Assembly (NCBI GenBank): GCA_963717145.1 | Contig: OY970325.1 | Span: 1,184,001-1,248,000 of the forward strand | Direction: 5' to 3' | DNA from: an uncultured Armatimonadetes bacterium | Lineage (GTDB): Bacteria; Armatimonadota; UBA5829; DTJY01 | Length of the DNA: 64,000 bases | Shown: piece after piece, positions 1 to 9,695 of the stretch | Layout: each line of letters opens with the position of its first letter | Position numbering within the stretch: position 1 is the first letter of the stretch | Program-made: the position numbers and the translations under genes | The notes under the pieces: generated by a model | The model's input: the letters and a program-made list of their open reading frames with translations, nothing else | What the model was told of the DNA's origin: nothing | The model's database searches: none

Positions 1-792
1 TTCATCGCGGTCGAACCGATCGTCGGCGACTGGAGGGGTCTCTCGGAGATCGAGCACTCCAAGCTCGACGAACGGCGCGGAATGCGGATGTGGTTCTCGG
101 ACTTGTCGGACGCGTCGGACAAGTCAGACCTCCCTTGGAATCCCACCCGCGGGAAGACCGGGAAGATCCGCGTGGACGGCAAGTCCGTCGAGACGCTCAG
201 TATCTTCCTGAATATCGAGAAGTTCGACAATGGCGCGCATCCCGTGATCAAGATCACATTTCGCGCCGACCGCCCGAACGAGATCGGCTTCAAGACGTTC
301 GCCGCGAAGGACAGTGCTGCGATGCAGTCGTGCGTCCTGACCGCGACGATGGGCAACTTCTCGCGGTGCCGGCTTCTCTGGCTCAAAGACGAGGTGCTCG
401 ACGCGCGGACCATCTGGCCGAACTGCAAGGAGTGGGATTTCGTCTGGACCCCGGATATCCCCGGCGAGCGCATCAGGAGGGACAAGGACGGCACTCTGAC
501 GGTCGCCATCACCCCGAACGAGACCTCGCTGGAGTCCGACAGGATCCCGGAGCCGTTCTGGCAGTTCCACGGGAAGGTGGCCACCCAGTACTGGCGGAAG
601 TATCCGAGCAAGGAGTCGCCGAAAAACCTGCGGGTGCGGGTCAACGGACGGGCATTCTACTACGGCCGCCCCACCCCGATCCCCGGAGGCGTTTCCTTCG
701 AGAACTTCGAGCTGATCGAGGACTTCCAGCCGGGCGAGGAATCGTGGTTCGGCGTCACCCTGAAAACGCCTTATCAGATGGGATGGAAATAG
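1..792 (+). CDS. hypothetical protein, 5'-truncated by window edge
   Basis: Frame 1 is open from base 1 (FIAVEPIVGDWRG...) through ORF 82..792; GC3-rich codons. Confidence 0.75.
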   Translation, partial: FIAVEPIVGDWRGLSEIEHSKLDERRGMRMWFSDLSDASDKSDLPWNPTRGKTGKIRVDGKSVETLSIFLNIEKFDNGAHPVIKITFRADRPNEIGFKTFAAKDSAAMQSCVLTATMGNFSRCRLLWLKDEVLDARTIWPNCKEWDFVWTPDIPGERIRRDKDGTLTVAITPNETSLESDRIPEPFWQFHGKVATQYWRKYPSKESPKNLRVRVNGRAFYYGRPTPIPGGVSFENFELIEDFQPGEESWFGVTLKTPYQMGWK

Positions 793-813
793 CCAACACC
801 GAACACCCAACAC

Positions 814-1821
814 CTAACCCCTCATCCGCCACGCCTCATCGAGCATCGCGAGGTAGTACCCCACCGGCACGAACGGCGCGATCGAGTTCCCGGACCCGAG
901 GCAGTATCCCCCACCCCAGCCGCACTCGGTTATGAGCATGCGGGTGTACTCGCGGACCTCCGACTCAGTGCTGCGGCAGAGACGGTCGACGTCGAAGCCG
1001 CCGAGGATCGCGATCCGGTCGCCGTAGAGGCGCTTGGCTTCGGTTACCGGGAGGATGGCATCCTCATACGAGTGCTTGGCGTCGATGCGCACATCCTCGA
1101 TGATGTCCTCCATGATCTCACTGAGGTTCCCGCAGCAGTGGAGGATCACCGGCTTCCCGGCGGCGTGACCGATCTCCGCCAGGCGCTTGTGCCACGGGAG
1201 GACGTACTTCCGGAGGTCATCCGGTCCGATCATCGTCTGCGTCTTGAAGCCGAGGTCGTCGCTGATGGTGATCGCGCCGACCTCCGGGATCGCGGCCATC
1301 GCGCGGTACATCGCCTCAAAGAGCACGCCGAGCCGGTCGAACAGCGCCTGCACGAGGTCCGGGTCGTCGGCGAGCATGAGACAAAGCTGCTCGTAGCCCA
1401 CCAGGCACTCCGCCTTCTCGAAGATGCCGCCGGTCTGCCCGACCATCTTCATGCCCGCAGGAAGGATCGGCGCAGTCGCCTCGAACTCCCCGATGCTAAC
1501 CGAATCCGGCGACGGCCAGGGGTACGCCTCGAACGTCTTCCGGTCCGTGATCGGGTAGCCGGTCGTTCGGTCGATCAGGCTTCCACCGGGGAGGTCGATC
1601 CAGACCCACGTCGGGACGTAGTCGTATCCCGCGCGGTGGTAGAACTCGACGACATCGTTCCGCGTCTCGATCTTCCTCCCAAGACACGGCTCCATGACCT
1701 CCGCGTTGGCGAACAGCTCGTAGAACGGCACGTACTCCGGCACCCCGTCTCTCACGAGCGCCTTCCGAAGCTGCTCGAAATCCGGGCGTGGCTTGATTGA
1801 TGTCTCAGCAAGTGTCATCAT
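814..1821 (-). CDS. uroporphyrinogen decarboxylase (URO-D/MtaA-like) family protein
   Basis: Motifs ISDDLGFK, ILHCCGN, ILGGFDVD, YCLGSGNSI; start trimmed to the MMTL ATG. Confidence 0.85.
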   Translation of the reverse strand: MMTLAETSIKPRPDFEQLRKALVRDGVPEYVPFYELFANAEVMEPCLGRKIETRNDVVEFYHRAGYDYVPTWVWIDLPGGSLIDRTTGYPITDRKTFEAYPWPSPDSVSIGEFEATAPILPAGMKMVGQTGGIFEKAECLVGYEQLCLMLADDPDLVQALFDRLGVLFEAMYRAMAAIPEVGAITISDDLGFKTQTMIGPDDLRKYVLPWHKRLAEIGHAAGKPVILHCCGNLSEIMEDIIEDVRIDAKHSYEDAILPVTEAKRLYGDRIAILGGFDVDRLCRSTESEVREYTRMLITECGWGGGYCLGSGNSIAPFVPVGYYLAMLDEAWRMRG

Positions 1822-1866
1822 CAGTATGCGGTACCTCTTAGTGTTCAGGCGGCACAAGGCGCGCCC

Positions 1867-3855
1867 CTACAGGCGAAGGACTGTCCCGCCGCCTGACGGA
1901 AGCTTGACGGACGCTCCGATCTCCGACTTGGTGAGCATATCGACCGTGCCCTTCGCGGTCCATGGGATCACGGCCTCATGCTTCACGTCCTTATTCGCCA
2001 GGATCACGTACTTCGCGCCCTTCGGATCGACGAATCCCTTCGCGAGCACCTGCTCGGGAACGATCGGAAGCGTGAACTCCGCCGGCTTCAGCTTGAGGAG
2101 GAGCGGTGCGAGCTTCGTAACCTGCTCATTGACGCGACCGACCTCATCGAGCCGGCCGTCCATCGGCTTCAAGTCCATATCCACCAGGCCTTGAAGCCAC
2201 TCGCCCTGGAATCCCGTCGTCGACTGATAGATGAAGTAGATGATCCCCTTCGCCCCATGCGCCAACGCGAGCCAGACCTGCGCGCGAATCTCCTCCGGCG
2301 TCGGAATCTTCCATTGGTTGTTCGGCTTGCCGAACGCTTGCATGATCACCCACAGCGGTCGGTCACCCTGATTTCGCATGCCGCGCTCGAGTTCGCTGAT
2401 GTAGCCGTTCCAATCGCCCGACCACGTCGGGTGAAGCGGGTAGATGTCAATCATCAGCACCTGGTAGTCGACCGTCTTGAGCAGATCCTCATAGCCGCCG
2501 AGGAGACATGAGAAGCCGGGGTGCTTCGGATCGACCGTCTCGAGCGCCTGCCTCGCGAGCTTGATCCTGCGCGCGACCTCCGGGGCGTTGTTCGGCTCGT
2601 CGATCATGTAGTAGCCGATCGTCGCCGGATGGCCCTTGACCTCCCTGACCGCATTCTCCGCGACCTCGAAGACGTTCTGCTTCTCGCCCGCCTCTCCGCT
2701 CGAAATGAGCGTGTTGATCTCGTCGAGCTGGAGGATGACCTTCATGTCATGCTTCTGCGCCGTATCGAGGAGCAGCTTTCGATGATCGTGCGGCGTCCAG
2801 ATGCCGAATACCATGTTGAAGCCGTGGTCCGCCAGGTCCTTGACCGCGGCCTCATAGTACTCCCGCGCCTTCACCATGTCGTCCACATGGCGATTGATAT
2901 AGGACGCGTCGTCCTCCCAGAAGAACCACGTGCTGAGCGGGAAGAAGTCGTTGTACATGGGTGGCGCTTCCTTCCACTTCCAGCGGCGGTCGACGGTGAT
3001 CTTCGCCATCAACTGCCGGTTGTCCGCGCGCATGGTGATCGTGTGCTCGCCATCCTCCGCGCCCTCGCCGTCCCAGGTGACGGTGTACTCCCCTGCCGCG
3101 ACCTTCGCGTCGACCAGTTTGGCGACGACATCACCAACCCTGTCCGCGACAGTGAGCGTAACCTTCGAGTCGGACTCTACGCCATATGTGATCGTCAATG
3201 TGTCGAGCAGGCCGTCGTCGTTCGGGGAGATGATCGGGCCGGAAGTGGCGAGGCGGTCGATCATCGTGCGGAACGTCCGGAAGTTGCCGATCGTGCAGGG
3301 AGGCGCGTCGTTCCAGGGATCGTCCCATCCGATCCGCTTGGCGGTGTTGGCGAGGCCGCCCTTGTACTCGTTTCGATCCACGATCTTGCCGTCGATCTCC
3401 AGCCTCATGCCACCTGGTCCGTAAACCAGCGTCACGTGATGCTGCGCGCTCCAGTCGATATCCTTCGCGATGCACCAGTTGTGCGCCGAGCCATCAAAGA
3501 TGCCGAACTCGAAGTCCGCCGGCTTATCGCGCCAGTGGACGTTGATCGCGCCAACGTGCGAGCCGCCCGCCCCGATGTCGGAGAGGATGCACCAGATCGG
3601 TCGCTCGACATCGAGCAGCTTCGTGAGCTTGACGTCGAACTCGATCCGTCCGGCTGCACCAGCAAAGAGTTCCGCCGGATACTCGATCGTGTCCCCCGGC
3701 GCATCGAGCACGGCCTTCCCGTCCTCGAACGTCACCCCCGATGCCTTCCCGAGCGTCTTCCCCTCAAAGGAATCCTCGAAGAGCAGCGCATCAGCGCTGT
3801 GACCCGCCACCGCACATACTACCAGACACGCAATCATGGCTCGTCTAATGAACAC
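1867..3855 (-). CDS. secreted protein: LamG-like and FlgD-Ig domains plus glycoside hydrolase-like TIM barrel
   Basis: Signal peptide; ISPNDDG...TWDG FlgD-Ig pattern; YYMIDEP, DIYP, WLALAHGAKGIIYF; AAGGAG RBS before GTG. Confidence 0.7.
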   Translation of the reverse strand: MFIRRAMIACLVVCAVAGHSADALLFEDSFEGKTLGKASGVTFEDGKAVLDAPGDTIEYPAELFAGAAGRIEFDVKLTKLLDVERPIWCILSDIGAGGSHVGAINVHWRDKPADFEFGIFDGSAHNWCIAKDIDWSAQHHVTLVYGPGGMRLEIDGKIVDRNEYKGGLANTAKRIGWDDPWNDAPPCTIGNFRTFRTMIDRLATSGPIISPNDDGLLDTLTITYGVESDSKVTLTVADRVGDVVAKLVDAKVAAGEYTVTWDGEGAEDGEHTITMRADNRQLMAKITVDRRWKWKEAPPMYNDFFPLSTWFFWEDDASYINRHVDDMVKAREYYEAAVKDLADHGFNMVFGIWTPHDHRKLLLDTAQKHDMKVILQLDEINTLISSGEAGEKQNVFEVAENAVREVKGHPATIGYYMIDEPNNAPEVARRIKLARQALETVDPKHPGFSCLLGGYEDLLKTVDYQVLMIDIYPLHPTWSGDWNGYISELERGMRNQGDRPLWVIMQAFGKPNNQWKIPTPEEIRAQVWLALAHGAKGIIYFIYQSTTGFQGEWLQGLVDMDLKPMDGRLDEVGRVNEQVTKLAPLLLKLKPAEFTLPIVPEQVLAKGFVDPKGAKYVILANKDVKHEAVIPWTAKGTVDMLTKSEIGASVKLPSGGGTVLRL

Positions 3856-3879
3856 CTATCGCTCCTTGCCGAACATTCG

Positions 3880-3979
3880 GTCAACGGATTTCAAACGGAT
3901 AAACGGATGGGCTCGTATACACAAGGAAGCTCCTGGAAAACCACCCACCTATCCGTTTATCCGTTCTTTATCCGTTGAC
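3880..3979. repeat. inverted short tandem repeat (AAACGGAT)n ... (ATCCGTTT)n
   Basis: Three AACGGAT units followed by three ATCCGTT units, intergenic. Confidence 0.8.
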
Positions 3980-3980
3980 A

Positions 3981-5036
3981 TCACGTCCCTATGTTATCCT
4001 TCACCACGTGCCCGGCCTTCTTGTCGTACTTCATCGCCTTCTCGGCGTGATGGCGGAAGATGTTGTCCTTCACGATCCAGTCCCGGCAGCCCTTGTCGAG
4101 CACGATGCCGATCGTGTGCTTCACCGAGTTCGAGTCCCAACTGAAGATCTGGTTCTGGCAGAACGTCGTATCGACCGCATCGTACGCGATCACCGCCGGG
4201 AACTTGCCGCTATTGTTCTCGGAGTTCGTGTGGATCGTGTTGCCGGTGATGATGTTGAGCATGTTCGCATCGCCGCCCTTGGGGTCGCCGATCACGATGC
4301 CGCTCTCGTAGCTCTGTTCGAGGCGGTTGTTCTCGATGCGGTTGAAATGCGCGCCGGGGCCGAGTCGCAGCGCGACCGTGTTCCCCCAGTGGTAGTTCAG
4401 CGTGTACGATCCCGCCGAGGAGTGATCGAGCAGGCATCCCGAGCGAGGCGTCCTGCCCGGCCCGCTGCCGAACTGGTTGCCGGTGATGTAGAAATCGTTG
4501 TTCGCGCGGCTGTAGAGCTGATCGCCGAGGTTGTTCGTCAGCCAGCAGTTGCTCACCGTGTTCGAGGAGAACGGCGTCTTCACATCGCCCTCGAACCGGA
4601 TGCCGCTTTCCGGGAACATGTCGATGTGGCAGAGGTCGATCACGTTGATCCCCGCCCACTCGCCCTTTCGGAAGACGATGCCCGAGCCCTTCGTCGCCTT
4701 CGGGTCGCCGGTGATGTCGAGGTTCCGCACCCAGCACATCCAGCACGAGCCCTCGAATGCGATCGCGTCGCCGTCGCCCTGCTTGACGATCTTCGTGTTC
4801 CAGCCGCTCCCGATGAGGCAGACGCGGCTCTTTTGCTTGATGACGATCGTGTCCTTTATGGCATAAGTCCCTGGGAGCAGAGTGATCGTCGTATCGCCCA
4901 ACGGCGGGATCTTCGCGATCGCCGCGAGGAGGGACTCGGTGTCCGATACTTGGAAGTGTGCGGGTTTCGCGGATTCATCTTCCGCGAAACATGCAGATAT
5001 CGCCGCGATACAGAGCAGAACCACGAGTTTCAGCAT
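3981..5036 (-). CDS. secreted right-handed parallel beta-helix (pectate lyase/NosD-like) protein
   Basis: Signal peptide; LLPGTY motif; repeated ITGNxI / IENN beta-helix turns. Confidence 0.8.
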   Translation of the reverse strand: MLKLVVLLCIAAISACFAEDESAKPAHFQVSDTESLLAAIAKIPPLGDTTITLLPGTYAIKDTIVIKQKSRVCLIGSGWNTKIVKQGDGDAIAFEGSCWMCWVRNLDITGDPKATKGSGIVFRKGEWAGINVIDLCHIDMFPESGIRFEGDVKTPFSSNTVSNCWLTNNLGDQLYSRANNDFYITGNQFGSGPGRTPRSGCLLDHSSAGSYTLNYHWGNTVALRLGPGAHFNRIENNRLEQSYESGIVIGDPKGGDANMLNIITGNTIHTNSENNSGKFPAVIAYDAVDTTFCQNQIFSWDSNSVKHTIGIVLDKGCRDWIVKDNIFRHHAEKAMKYDKKAGHVVKDNIGT

Positions 5037-5086
5037 ATCGATCCTCCATTCGATCTACGCATTGTGCCTTTCCCGGACTTCTGGGC

Positions 5087-5244
5087 GCGTTATCCAGAAG
5101 TCCGTGCGCGTTATCCAGAAGTCCGGGCGCGTCATCCAGAAGTCCGGGCGCGCTATCCAGAAGTCCGGGCGCGCTATCCAGAACTCTGGATCCGTCATCC
5201 AGAACTCTGGATGCGTTTTTCAGAGCTCTGGATGCGTTACCCAG
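5087..5244. repeat. 21-bp tandem repeat, 7 full copies plus 1 partial
   Basis: Unit GCGTTATCCAGAAGTCCGGGC at 5087, 5108, 5129, 5150, 5171, 5192, 5213, drifting towards ...GAACTCTGGAT. Confidence 0.95.
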
Positions 5245-5279
5245 CGACCACACCACGCCTGCGCCAATGATCGCTTGCC

Positions 5280-5693
5280 CTATGCGCTGAGCAAGCCGAT
5301 CGCACACGCGCCTACAACGATCCCGGCGATGCCATACGGGCCGATCTTCTCCTTGAATGCGACTCGCCCGACGAGCGCCACCATCAGCAGCGTGCCCCCA
5401 TTGATGATCGGGAACGCGATATATCCCGGGAGCACCGACGCTGCCGCCATGTTCGCGCTCAGGCCGACCGCCGTCCCGATCCCGCCGATCGCGCCGATCA
5501 CGATGCTCTTCCCCTCGATAGGCTTCTTTTCACGCATCATGTAGACAAGCGCGATCAGGCCCGCGACAGCATAGACGAAGAACAGCACCACAGGAATGAA
5601 GTGCTGCAGTCCGATCTTCCCGACAGCCTGCGTGCAGATCATCGTCAGGCCATTGAATATGAACGACGCAAGCATCAGCCGCCGGTATGTCAT
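5280..5693 (-). CDS. EamA/DMT family single-domain transporter subunit
   Basis: About 5 hydrophobic helices; C-terminal FKEKI...GI motif. Confidence 0.8.
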   Translation of the reverse strand: MTYRRLMLASFIFNGLTMICTQAVGKIGLQHFIPVVLFFVYAVAGLIALVYMMREKKPIEGKSIVIGAIGGIGTAVGLSANMAAASVLPGYIAFPIINGGTLLMVALVGRVAFKEKIGPYGIAGIVVGACAIGLLSA

Positions 5694-6115
5694 TCCCCCG
5701 ACCTCCCGGCGTCGATGCCCAGAAGCGCGATGGCGACGATCGTCAGCGCGAATCCGGCATAGTGCCTGGCGTGCGGAATCTCATGCCACAGGAAGACCGA
5801 CGCGAGGACCGGGATCACGAGGCCGAGGTTGATGATCGTCCACGAGGTCGATATGCGTCCGAGCGCGACCGCCCTCCGGAAGAGGTAGATGCCGAAGAAG
5901 ATCAGTATCCCATCAACCACTCCGAGTGCGATGGCGTTCCGGGGGAGCGTCCTGATTCCGGTGGTGACCGCGAATACGAGGACGATCACTGCCGCCGATG
6001 CCAGGAGGAAGAAGTTGACCTGCGCCCCGTCGCACTTCCGTCGGTCGGAGAGCTTGTAGGTGATGCCCAGCATGGCGAATGCGACGGCGGCGACGATCGA
6101 GTAGATGTATCCCAC
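5690..6115 (-). CDS. EamA/DMT family single-domain transporter subunit
   Basis: Hydrophobic; FLWHE motif; ATGA overlap with downstream partner; GTG start at 6115. Confidence 0.8.
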   Translation of the reverse strand: MGYIYSIVAAVAFAMLGITYKLSDRRKCDGAQVNFFLLASAAVIVLVFAVTTGIRTLPRNAIALGVVDGILIFFGIYLFRRAVALGRISTSWTIINLGLVIPVLASVFLWHEIPHARHYAGFALTIVAIALLGIDAGRSGE

Positions 6116-6221
6116 GGCGGCATTATACCGCGTGCGGCAGCCCAACGTCTAATGCACCTATCACTGGCGCGTACGGTATTTCAGGATTTGAGTGAGTCTG
6201 CGAACGGAAATCCCGAAATAC

Positions 6222-6287
6222 CATGATGGTTCATGGCGGACCGGCCCGCATCAACCATGAACCATCAACCATCAACCATTCCCCATC
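6222..6287. repeat. inverted heptamer repeat (ATGGTTC / AACCATC)n
   Basis: TGATGGTTCATGG ... CCATGAACCATCAACCATCAACCATT downstream of purH. Confidence 0.75.
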
Positions 6288-7463
6288 CTAATGGTGGAAC
6301 AGCCTCAGCCCGGTGAACGCCATCACCATGCCGTACCCGTCCGCGGCGGCGATGATCTCCTCATCCCTTTGTGCGCCGCCCGGCTCGGAGATGTACTTCA
6401 CGCCCGTGCGGCTTGCTCTGTCGATACTGTCCCTGAATGGGAAGTACGCATCCGACCCGAGCGAGACTCCGGTGAGCTTGTCGAGCCACTTACGCTTCTC
6501 GCCCTTCGTGAACCTCTTCGGGCTGCCGATCAGGTTCTCCATCATCTGCGCCTCTTCCGGCGGCGTGATGTCCTCCAGCAGGAAGAGGTCGATCGCGTTG
6601 TTCTTCTCTGCGCGGTTCATCCCCTCACGGAACTGCAGTTCGAGCACGCGGGGGTGCTGCCTGAGCCACCACAGATCGGCCTTTCCGCCGGCGAGTCGCG
6701 TGCAGTGGACGCGCGACTGCTGACCCGCTCCGATCCCGATCGCCTGCCCGTCTTTCGCGAAGCACACCGAGTTCGACTGCGTGTATTTGAGCGTGATCAG
6801 TGTGACGATCATGTCGCGGACGGCGTTGTCCGGGAGGTCCTTGTCCTTGGTCACGACCTTGCCGAACAGATCCGCGCCGATGCGCACGTCGTTGGCCTGC
6901 TGGAGGAGCGCCACGCCGTAGACCTCTCTGGTCTCGATTACGGGAGCCGTGTAGTCGGGTGCGATCTGCAGGACGAGGTACTTGCCCTTGCGCTTCGCCC
7001 TCAGGAGTGCGAGCGCATCGGCGTCGTACCCGGGCGCGATCACTCCGTCGGAGACCTCGCGGGCGATCAACTTCGCGGTCGAGAGGTCGCAGGTGTCGCT
7101 CAGGGACACGAAATCGCCGAACGACGAGACGCGGTCAGCCCCTCGCGCGCGGGCATATGCCGTCGCGAGGGGTGACAACTCCATGTCATCGACGAAGTAC
7201 GCCTTCCTGAGCACATCATCGAGTGGCATTCCCACTGCCGCGCCCGCCGGACTGACGTGCTTGAACGATGCGGCCGCCGGGAGCGCGAGCGCCTGCCGAA
7301 GCTCCTTCACGAGTTGCCAGCCGTTGAGGGCGTCGAGCATGTTGATGTACCCCGGCGCGCCGCTCAGCACCTCGATCGCGGGGCTCTCGTCGAACAGCAC
7401 GACCTCTGCCGGCTTCTGATGCGGATTCAGCCCATACCGCAGTGGGATGGTTTTCTCTGCCAT
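6288..7463 (-). CDS. purH: AICAR transformylase (short PurH without the IMP cyclohydrolase domain)
   Basis: LRYGLNPHQ, SFKHVSPAG, KYTQSNSV, GAGQQSR, SDAYFPF, RLFHH. Confidence 0.93.
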   Translation of the reverse strand: MAEKTIPLRYGLNPHQKPAEVVLFDESPAIEVLSGAPGYINMLDALNGWQLVKELRQALALPAAASFKHVSPAGAAVGMPLDDVLRKAYFVDDMELSPLATAYARARGADRVSSFGDFVSLSDTCDLSTAKLIAREVSDGVIAPGYDADALALLRAKRKGKYLVLQIAPDYTAPVIETREVYGVALLQQANDVRIGADLFGKVVTKDKDLPDNAVRDMIVTLITLKYTQSNSVCFAKDGQAIGIGAGQQSRVHCTRLAGGKADLWWLRQHPRVLELQFREGMNRAEKNNAIDLFLLEDITPPEEAQMMENLIGSPKRFTKGEKRKWLDKLTGVSLGSDAYFPFRDSIDRASRTGVKYISEPGGAQRDEEIIAAADGYGMVMAFTGLRLFHH

Positions 7464-7517
7464 GATTTCCTCCTTGGAAAGACTTTGGACTTTGGACTTT
7501 CGACTTTCTACTCACAC

Positions 7518-7561
7518 AAACAAAAACGCCTGGACGCACATATGATATGTTTGCCCAGGCG
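7518..7561 (-). terminator. intrinsic terminator, expression platform of the ZTP riboswitch
   Basis: mRNA CGCCTGGGCAAACATATCATATGTGCGTCCAGGCG followed by TTTTTGTTT; overlaps the aptamer 3' hairpin. Confidence 0.85.
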
Positions 7562-7630
7562 ATCGGCATATCTCAAACCCCGGTGCTTCACGCGGTCAAT
7601 TCCGCTTCATATCGCCAGTCACACCGGGAT
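7552..7630 (-). ncRNA. ZMP/ZTP riboswitch (pfl motif)
   Basis: mRNA CCCGGTGTGACTGGCG...GCGGAATTGACCGC GTGAAGCACCGGG...GCCGATCGCCTGGGCA matches the pfl consensus; lies upstream of purH. Confidence 0.92.
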
Positions 7631-7657
7631 CGTTATTCGGTTGAGTAAGAAGACCGG

Positions 7658-8704
7658 TCAGTTCCGTTCCACCCAAGCCACGCGACTCAGCACGCCTTTA
7701 GCGGCAAGTCTCTTCTTGCCTGTGGCGGTATTCACCACCCAGAGATCCTTCTCCACGAAATCCAGCCTCGTCTCGTAGCCACTCTCGGTGCGTTCACTGG
7801 ACCAGTACACGGAGGAGTCTCGTCGCTCCGTAGTCACCTTGCCGGTCTTGAGGTTCAACGTCTTCAGCGTGACGAAATCCTGGCTGTTCTGGTCAAGCGA
7901 CCAGATCGTGCCCATATCCGGATCAGCGCCGCAGAAGAGAACATTCCGCAAATCCAATTGTGGGTATGGCCACCGCCGGGCCTTCCCCAACGGGAAATCC
8001 ACGAGCACCGGCTTCTTGGGCGGGCCCTCACCCGGATAAGATCCGAACCGCACCATCAGCGTGTGATCATCTTTCCAGACGGGCTCAATGTACTCCATAC
8101 TGTCGGTTATGTAGTACAAAGGACGATGGGTAGCCGTATCCAGAACATGCACCCAGTTCTCTCCGTGAAGTGCCAGCATGGATCCGTCAGGAGAGCGAAA
8201 GAGGTCCATGATGACCGAGCGATACGGATCGCCACTTAAGACACGGCGGGAGATCAGGGTATCGAGGTCTAGGGCAAAGAGCCCTCCATCCGTGGGTCCC
8301 CCGCTTTTCTCCCTGGTAACGTGTCTCACGACAAGGAACTCGTTTGGCTTGTCTCCCCAGTCCAGGAACTCGTACGTCTCAGACACCCCATCATGCTTGC
8401 CAAGAATCTCATTAGCCGGCTTCACATACTGCACCTTCGCGGTAGACATGTCCATCAGATACAGACGCGTGTCTCCCGGCCTACCCCAGACCAATATCGT
8501 CTTGTAGTCAGGCGAGATGTCGAGATAACTGGTCGTATGATCGCCAACGCCGGTGGCGAGCAGCTTCTTGTTGCCGCCATCGATGTCTTCGACCCAGATT
8601 GCGCGGTCTTTCTCCAACAGGTAGGCGAGACGTTCCACTGCCCACGCCGGACTGGTGAGGGCCGCAATGATCCCGATGCAAGTGAAGAACCTGCTCAACC
8701 CCAT
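7658..8704 (-). CDS. secreted TolB-like beta-propeller hypothetical protein
   Basis: Signal peptide from MGLSRFF with GAGAGG RBS; SPDY and SPDG blade repeats. Confidence 0.65.
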   Translation of the reverse strand: MGLSRFFTCIGIIAALTSPAWAVERLAYLLEKDRAIWVEDIDGGNKKLLATGVGDHTTSYLDISPDYKTILVWGRPGDTRLYLMDMSTAKVQYVKPANEILGKHDGVSETYEFLDWGDKPNEFLVVRHVTREKSGGPTDGGLFALDLDTLISRRVLSGDPYRSVIMDLFRSPDGSMLALHGENWVHVLDTATHRPLYYITDSMEYIEPVWKDDHTLMVRFGSYPGEGPPKKPVLVDFPLGKARRWPYPQLDLRNVLFCGADPDMGTIWSLDQNSQDFVTLKTLNLKTGKVTTERRDSSVYWSSERTESGYETRLDFVEKDLWVVNTATGKKRLAAKGVLSRVAWVERN

Positions 8705-8760
8705 GATCTTGCCTCTCACGTCCACACGGGAAGGCGCAAAAGCCCTCCTCTCCCCGCTCA

Positions 8761-9063
8761 TCATGAATGCTGCGCCGGGTGCTTGAGCCGTGCCATCAGC
8801 ATCAAGACCATGCCTATCGGTATGGCGAGCGCACCGGCCACCATCAGCACCCATGAAACGGTCTCCGATACCGACGACCGCCCGTATGCCCCTACGAGCC
8901 ACCCAACCGCTACCAGCAGTATACAGAAGCCAGGGTTCACTATGACTCCCCAGACCAGTAACCTGTTGGGGTCGCTTCGCGTCCGCCTCCACCAGAATGT
9001 GATAAAGGCTGTGTTGACGAGTATGGCGATCATCGACAGGACAGTGATCACGTTGTCGTCCAT
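8761..9063 (-). CDS. small three-helix membrane hypothetical protein
   Basis: MDDNVITVL... preceded by GGGGAGG RBS; three hydrophobic segments. Confidence 0.6.
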   Translation of the reverse strand: MDDNVITVLSMIAILVNTAFITFWWRRTRSDPNRLLVWGVIVNPGFCILLVAVGWLVGAYGRSSVSETVSWVLMVAGALAIPIGMVLMLMARLKHPAQHS

Positions 9064-9097
9064 GGAGGTTCCCTCCCCTGGCTGCTGTCTCAGCCAA

Positions 9098-9202
9098 CTA
9101 CCCACATTTAGAGAATCCGCAGAAGCGGCAGACGATGCAGCCGCTCTCGTGCTCGACCGAGCCTCCGCAATCGGGGCACGCACCCACGAGGCTATCGAGC
9201 AT
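9098..9202 (-). repeat. diverged duplicate of the last 105 bp of nrdJ; possible 34-aa zinc-ribbon ORF
   Basis: Translates [34 protein letters not shown], versus nrdJ 9696..9800 [12 protein letters not shown]...KCG*. Confidence 0.9.
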
Positions 9203-9203
9203 G

Positions 9204-9467
9204 CTAACGATAAGCCTCTCTGCGGTGACGAATCCGATAGACTATTATCGTTCCTGCACGATCATCAACCTCGTAGGCGATGCGATAGTCACCGATCCGT
9301 ATTCGGTAGTCGGAGTCAGTGCCAACCAGTTTACGGCTGCCGCGGGGTCGGGGATCGGTGATCAACCCTCTCAGCGCGCTCCCCACGCGCTTCAGAATCG
9401 TGCCCTGAAGCGATTCGAGTTCCTTCCTGGCTGATGGCAGTATGCGGAGTCTATATGCGTCCGGCAT
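9204..9467 (-). CDS. RelE/ParE family type II toxin
   Basis: [35 protein letters not shown]. Confidence 0.92.
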   Translation of the reverse strand: MPDAYRLRILPSARKELESLQGTILKRVGSALRGLITDPRPRGSRKLVGTDSDYRIRIGDYRIAYEVDDRAGTIIVYRIRHRREAYR

Positions 9468-9642
9468 CTTCCAGGTCCGCCAAAACTTTCTCCAAGTCTT
9501 CGGGAGTCTCGTTTCGCCGTTCCAGCTTGGCCCGGAGATCGGCGATGTCCTCCATCAGTTCCTCGTACCGCCTGCAGCTTATCACGATCGACTTCCGTCG
9601 ACCCTTCTTATCCACCAAGTACTCGATCTCATGCATACTCAT
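9451..9642 (-). CDS. putative antitoxin of the RelE pair
   Basis: 63 aa, acidic C-terminus YEELMEDIADL, overlaps the toxin start by 17 nt; GGAGG RBS. Confidence 0.8.
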   Translation of the reverse strand: MSMHEIEYLVDKKGRRKSIVISCRRYEELMEDIADLRAKLERRNETPEDLEKVLADLEDAGRI

Positions 9643-9695
9643 CCGGTCGCCTCCGCGGTACATCCACATCCAGGTTAGTATACCACATGGTCAGC

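Noticed and set aside
5087-5244. 21-bp repeats as a CRISPR array
   Set aside because: Units are contiguous with no spacers
2521-5270. Long plus-strand ORFs (485 aa and 431 aa) and similar antisense ORFs throughout the window
   Set aside because: Shadow ORFs opposite GC3-rich real genes; Arg/His-rich with no recognisable motifs
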